The notes below the pieces were generated by a model that ran no database searches, was not told where the DNA came from, and saw nothing but the letters and a program-made list of their open reading frames with translations. A stretch of 62,962 nt of DNA, filler included, from Octopus bimaculoides (Eukaryota), in the NCBI RefSeq assembly GCF_001194135.2. It is 3 parts of 3 records of this genome, joined end to end, with 100 filler letters (N's around TTAATTAATTAA, not from the genome) between each part and the next. Parts side by side here need not be neighbours in the genome. Positions count along the whole stretch, not along the records: positions 47,275 to 62,962 come from NC_068983.1; 2 more parts are not named here. One strand, given 5' to 3'. Below are positions 60,460 through 62,962 of this stretch, one piece after another. The position numbers were made by a program, and so were the translations under genes. Within the stretch, counting starts at the first letter, position 1; each line of letters starts with the position of its first letter.

Positions 60460-62860
60460 ATGCAGGTTGAAGGCTACTGTATGTTAATGAATTCTGCCAA
60501 ATGTGAGATTTCTTTTCAGATACATGATGCTGCTGTACCTCATCTCAGGGTCTCATGGGCCCACACCTTCCACACCCTCAGAGTTGGCACACTTAATGTT
60601 AGCACATTGAAAGGTAGGTCTGGTAAGATTGTTGAGATGCTTGAATGGAGACGTGTAGATTTGTGTTGCATCCAAGAAGTAAGGTGGAGAGGAAGTTCTG
60701 TTAGGTTCTTCACAGGCAAAGAACATAGGTGTAAGATTTTCTGGGTAGGGAACACTGATGGAGTTGGGGGCGTAGGTATACTCCTTGCACAGAAATGGGT
60801 TGATAAGGTAATCAAGGTAGTCAGAGTTTGTGATAGAATACTTAAGCTTAGATTAGTGCTGCAACGTGGATTAGTAACCATTATCTTGGCTTATACTCCT
60901 CAGCCAGGGCTACCTGATGAGCAGAAAGACCGATTTTACGACACCCTCTTACAGACTACTTCATCAATGAATGACAGGGACCTTCACTTTGTGGCTAGCA
61001 ACTTCAATGGGCATGTTGGATAACATGCAGGAAGCTTCTATGGTGTACACAGTGGCTATGGATTTGGTTCCTGCAATGAGGAGAGAACCAGGCTGCTGGA
61101 GTTCTGTGATGCAAATGATCTTATGGTCTGTAATACTAACTTCAAGAAACCTGCCAGTCACCTGCTCACCTACCAGTCTGGTGAACACACTAGTCAGATT
61201 GACTACATTCTTGCCAGGAAACAGAAAAAATGGCTACTTATAAATGCCAAAACCTTCCCAGGTGAAGAATGTATGCCACAACATAGATTAGTAGTTAGTG
61301 ACTTCAGAATCAGGGCTAAATGGATGCCCAGAAGACGACCAGCATGGAAAAGGAAGGATTTGGAAGCTTATGGATTCTGTGAATGGTCAGAGATTTAGAG
61401 ACATATTACTTGATGCTTTTGAAGAAAAAGAGTAGGATACAGCATCACATAATGTGGTAGACAATTGGAGGTTCCTATGAGACAACCTTTTGAGAGCTAC
61501 TGATCAGATCTGTGGATGGTGCAAAGTCCCATCTCGACTTAAGGTAACCTGGTGGTGGAACAATGTAGTTGACAGGGCCATTAGGGAAAAGAAACAGACA
61601 TGGAAGGACTGGAAGGACGGTGGTAGCAGGGAACTGTATCAGATTACCAGAAGGGAAGCTAGGAGATAGGTTTATTTAGCCAGAAGGGAAGCAGATAAGA
61701 AAAAATTTGCCAATATTCTGTGTCGTGAGGACCAAAGACTTGAAGTATTTTGTGTTGCAAGACAGTGTGTGAGAGAGAATTGTGATGTCATAGGAGAGAA
61801 ATGTGTCTGCATGGATGATGACTCACTTGCTTTTAATGAGGCTGCAAAGAGAGAGGTTTGGAAACGCCACTATGAAAGGTTGCTAAATGAAGAGAATAAA
61901 TGGGAGAAAGAGAGTCTGCCAAATGTCGACCCAACAGAGGGATCAGCTATCCAAATTGATAACCCAATAATTAGGGAGAGAGTTAGTTTAGATGAGATGC
62001 AGTTTGGGTTTGTGCCGGGGAAAAGCACCACTGATGCTATATTTCTGGTAAGACAGCTGCAGGAGAAATACCTAACCAAAAATAAGCCTCTGTATTTGTC
62101 TTTCATTGGCATGGAGAAAGCCTTTGACAGGGTCCCCCTTTGACAAGGTTTCCTGATCCATTATCTGGTGGGCAATGTGGAAGCTCGGCACAGATGAGTG
62201 GTTGGTGAAAGCTGTACAAGCCATGTACAAGGACACTGTCAGTAAGGTGAGAGTTGGCAACAAGTATAGTGAAGAATTCCAGGTAAAAGTAGAGGTTCAA
62301 TAAATGATGAGCCCTCAGCCCCCTCTTATTCATCATAGTCCTCCAGGCAATAACAGAGGAATTCAAGACAGGCTACCCCTGGGAGCTCCTCTATGCTGAT
62401 GACCTTGCTCTAATAGCTGAGTCACTACCAAAACTAGAGAAGAAGTTTCAGGTGTGGAAGCGAGGTCTAGAATCGAAGGGCCTTAGAGTTAATCTAGTAA
62501 AAACCACAGTCTTAGTAAGTAGGAAGGCAGACAAATCACAAATTGCTTAAGGTAGATGGCTTTGCTCGATCTATAGAAAAGGTGTCGATAAAAACTCCAG
62601 AAGATGTACCCAGTGTAAGCTGTGGACACATAAAAGGTGCAGCAATATCAAAGGAAGGCTAACTGGGAAGATAGTTTTTGTGTGTAGCAGATGCACAGGG
62701 GCAATAAACACAGAAGATGTACAGAAAACAGTTTCCATCACATGCCATGGGGAAAAACTAGAAGTAGTTGATAGCTTCCATTACCTAGGTGACCAAGTCT
62801 TTAGTGGTGGGGTGGATGCTCTGAGAATGTAGCTGCTAGAATAAGAATAGCCTGGGAAAG
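60460..62860 (+). mobile_element. Near full-length defective RTE LINE (APE + RT + PHD-like insertion)
   Basis: GTLNV, CIQEVRW, SQIDYIL, QFGFVPGKSTTDAIF, EKAFDRVP, LLYADDL; stops, frameshifts and an internal deletion; interrupted by a SINE at ~62860. Confidence 0.93.
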
Positions 62861-62962
62861 TGTCTTCTACTATAGCCTCGGGCCGACCAAAGCCTTGTGA
62901 GTGGATTTGGTAGATGGAAACTGAAAGAAGCCTGTCGTATATATGTATATATATATATATAT

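Overview
AT-rich, microsatellite- and transposon-dense animal DNA with many N gaps; the repeat families resemble those I recognise from Octopus (host identity is inference). Two convergent protein-coding genes are visible by manual splice analysis. (1) The last three coding exons of VWA8 on + (977-1075, 2706-2944, 5407-5515). (2) A minus-strand gene largely missed by the ORF track: three phase-compatible exons (60049-59902, 55664-55483, 52570-52507), tentatively CCDC162-like, with a possible terminal exon at 51448. The rest is decayed mobile DNA: several RTE/RTEX LINEs, two R4/Dong pieces, three Tc1/mariner lineages (DD34E, DD36E, DD37D), a Helitron helicase fragment, TTAA-flanked piggyBac-type MITEs and at least five SINE-like families. 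The most notable unexplained signal is a set of sequence-unrelated minimal type I hammerhead ribozyme folds: three with intact catalytic cores (646-688 +, 2324-2369 +, 44137-44176 -), a CCGAUGA variant pair in a 170-bp inverted repeat (18294-18803), and two decayed copies. The two intact + copies lie in VWA8 introns on the sense strand, one inside a ~350-bp palindrome. Hammerheads in Penelope-like elements are known, so novelty would lie in activity and host effect, neither of which can be shown from sequence. No CRISPR, rRNA or genuine tRNA genes were found. Most ORF-track entries are microsatellite, gap or TE artefacts. Repeat boundaries are approximate unless TIR/TSD coordinates are given.
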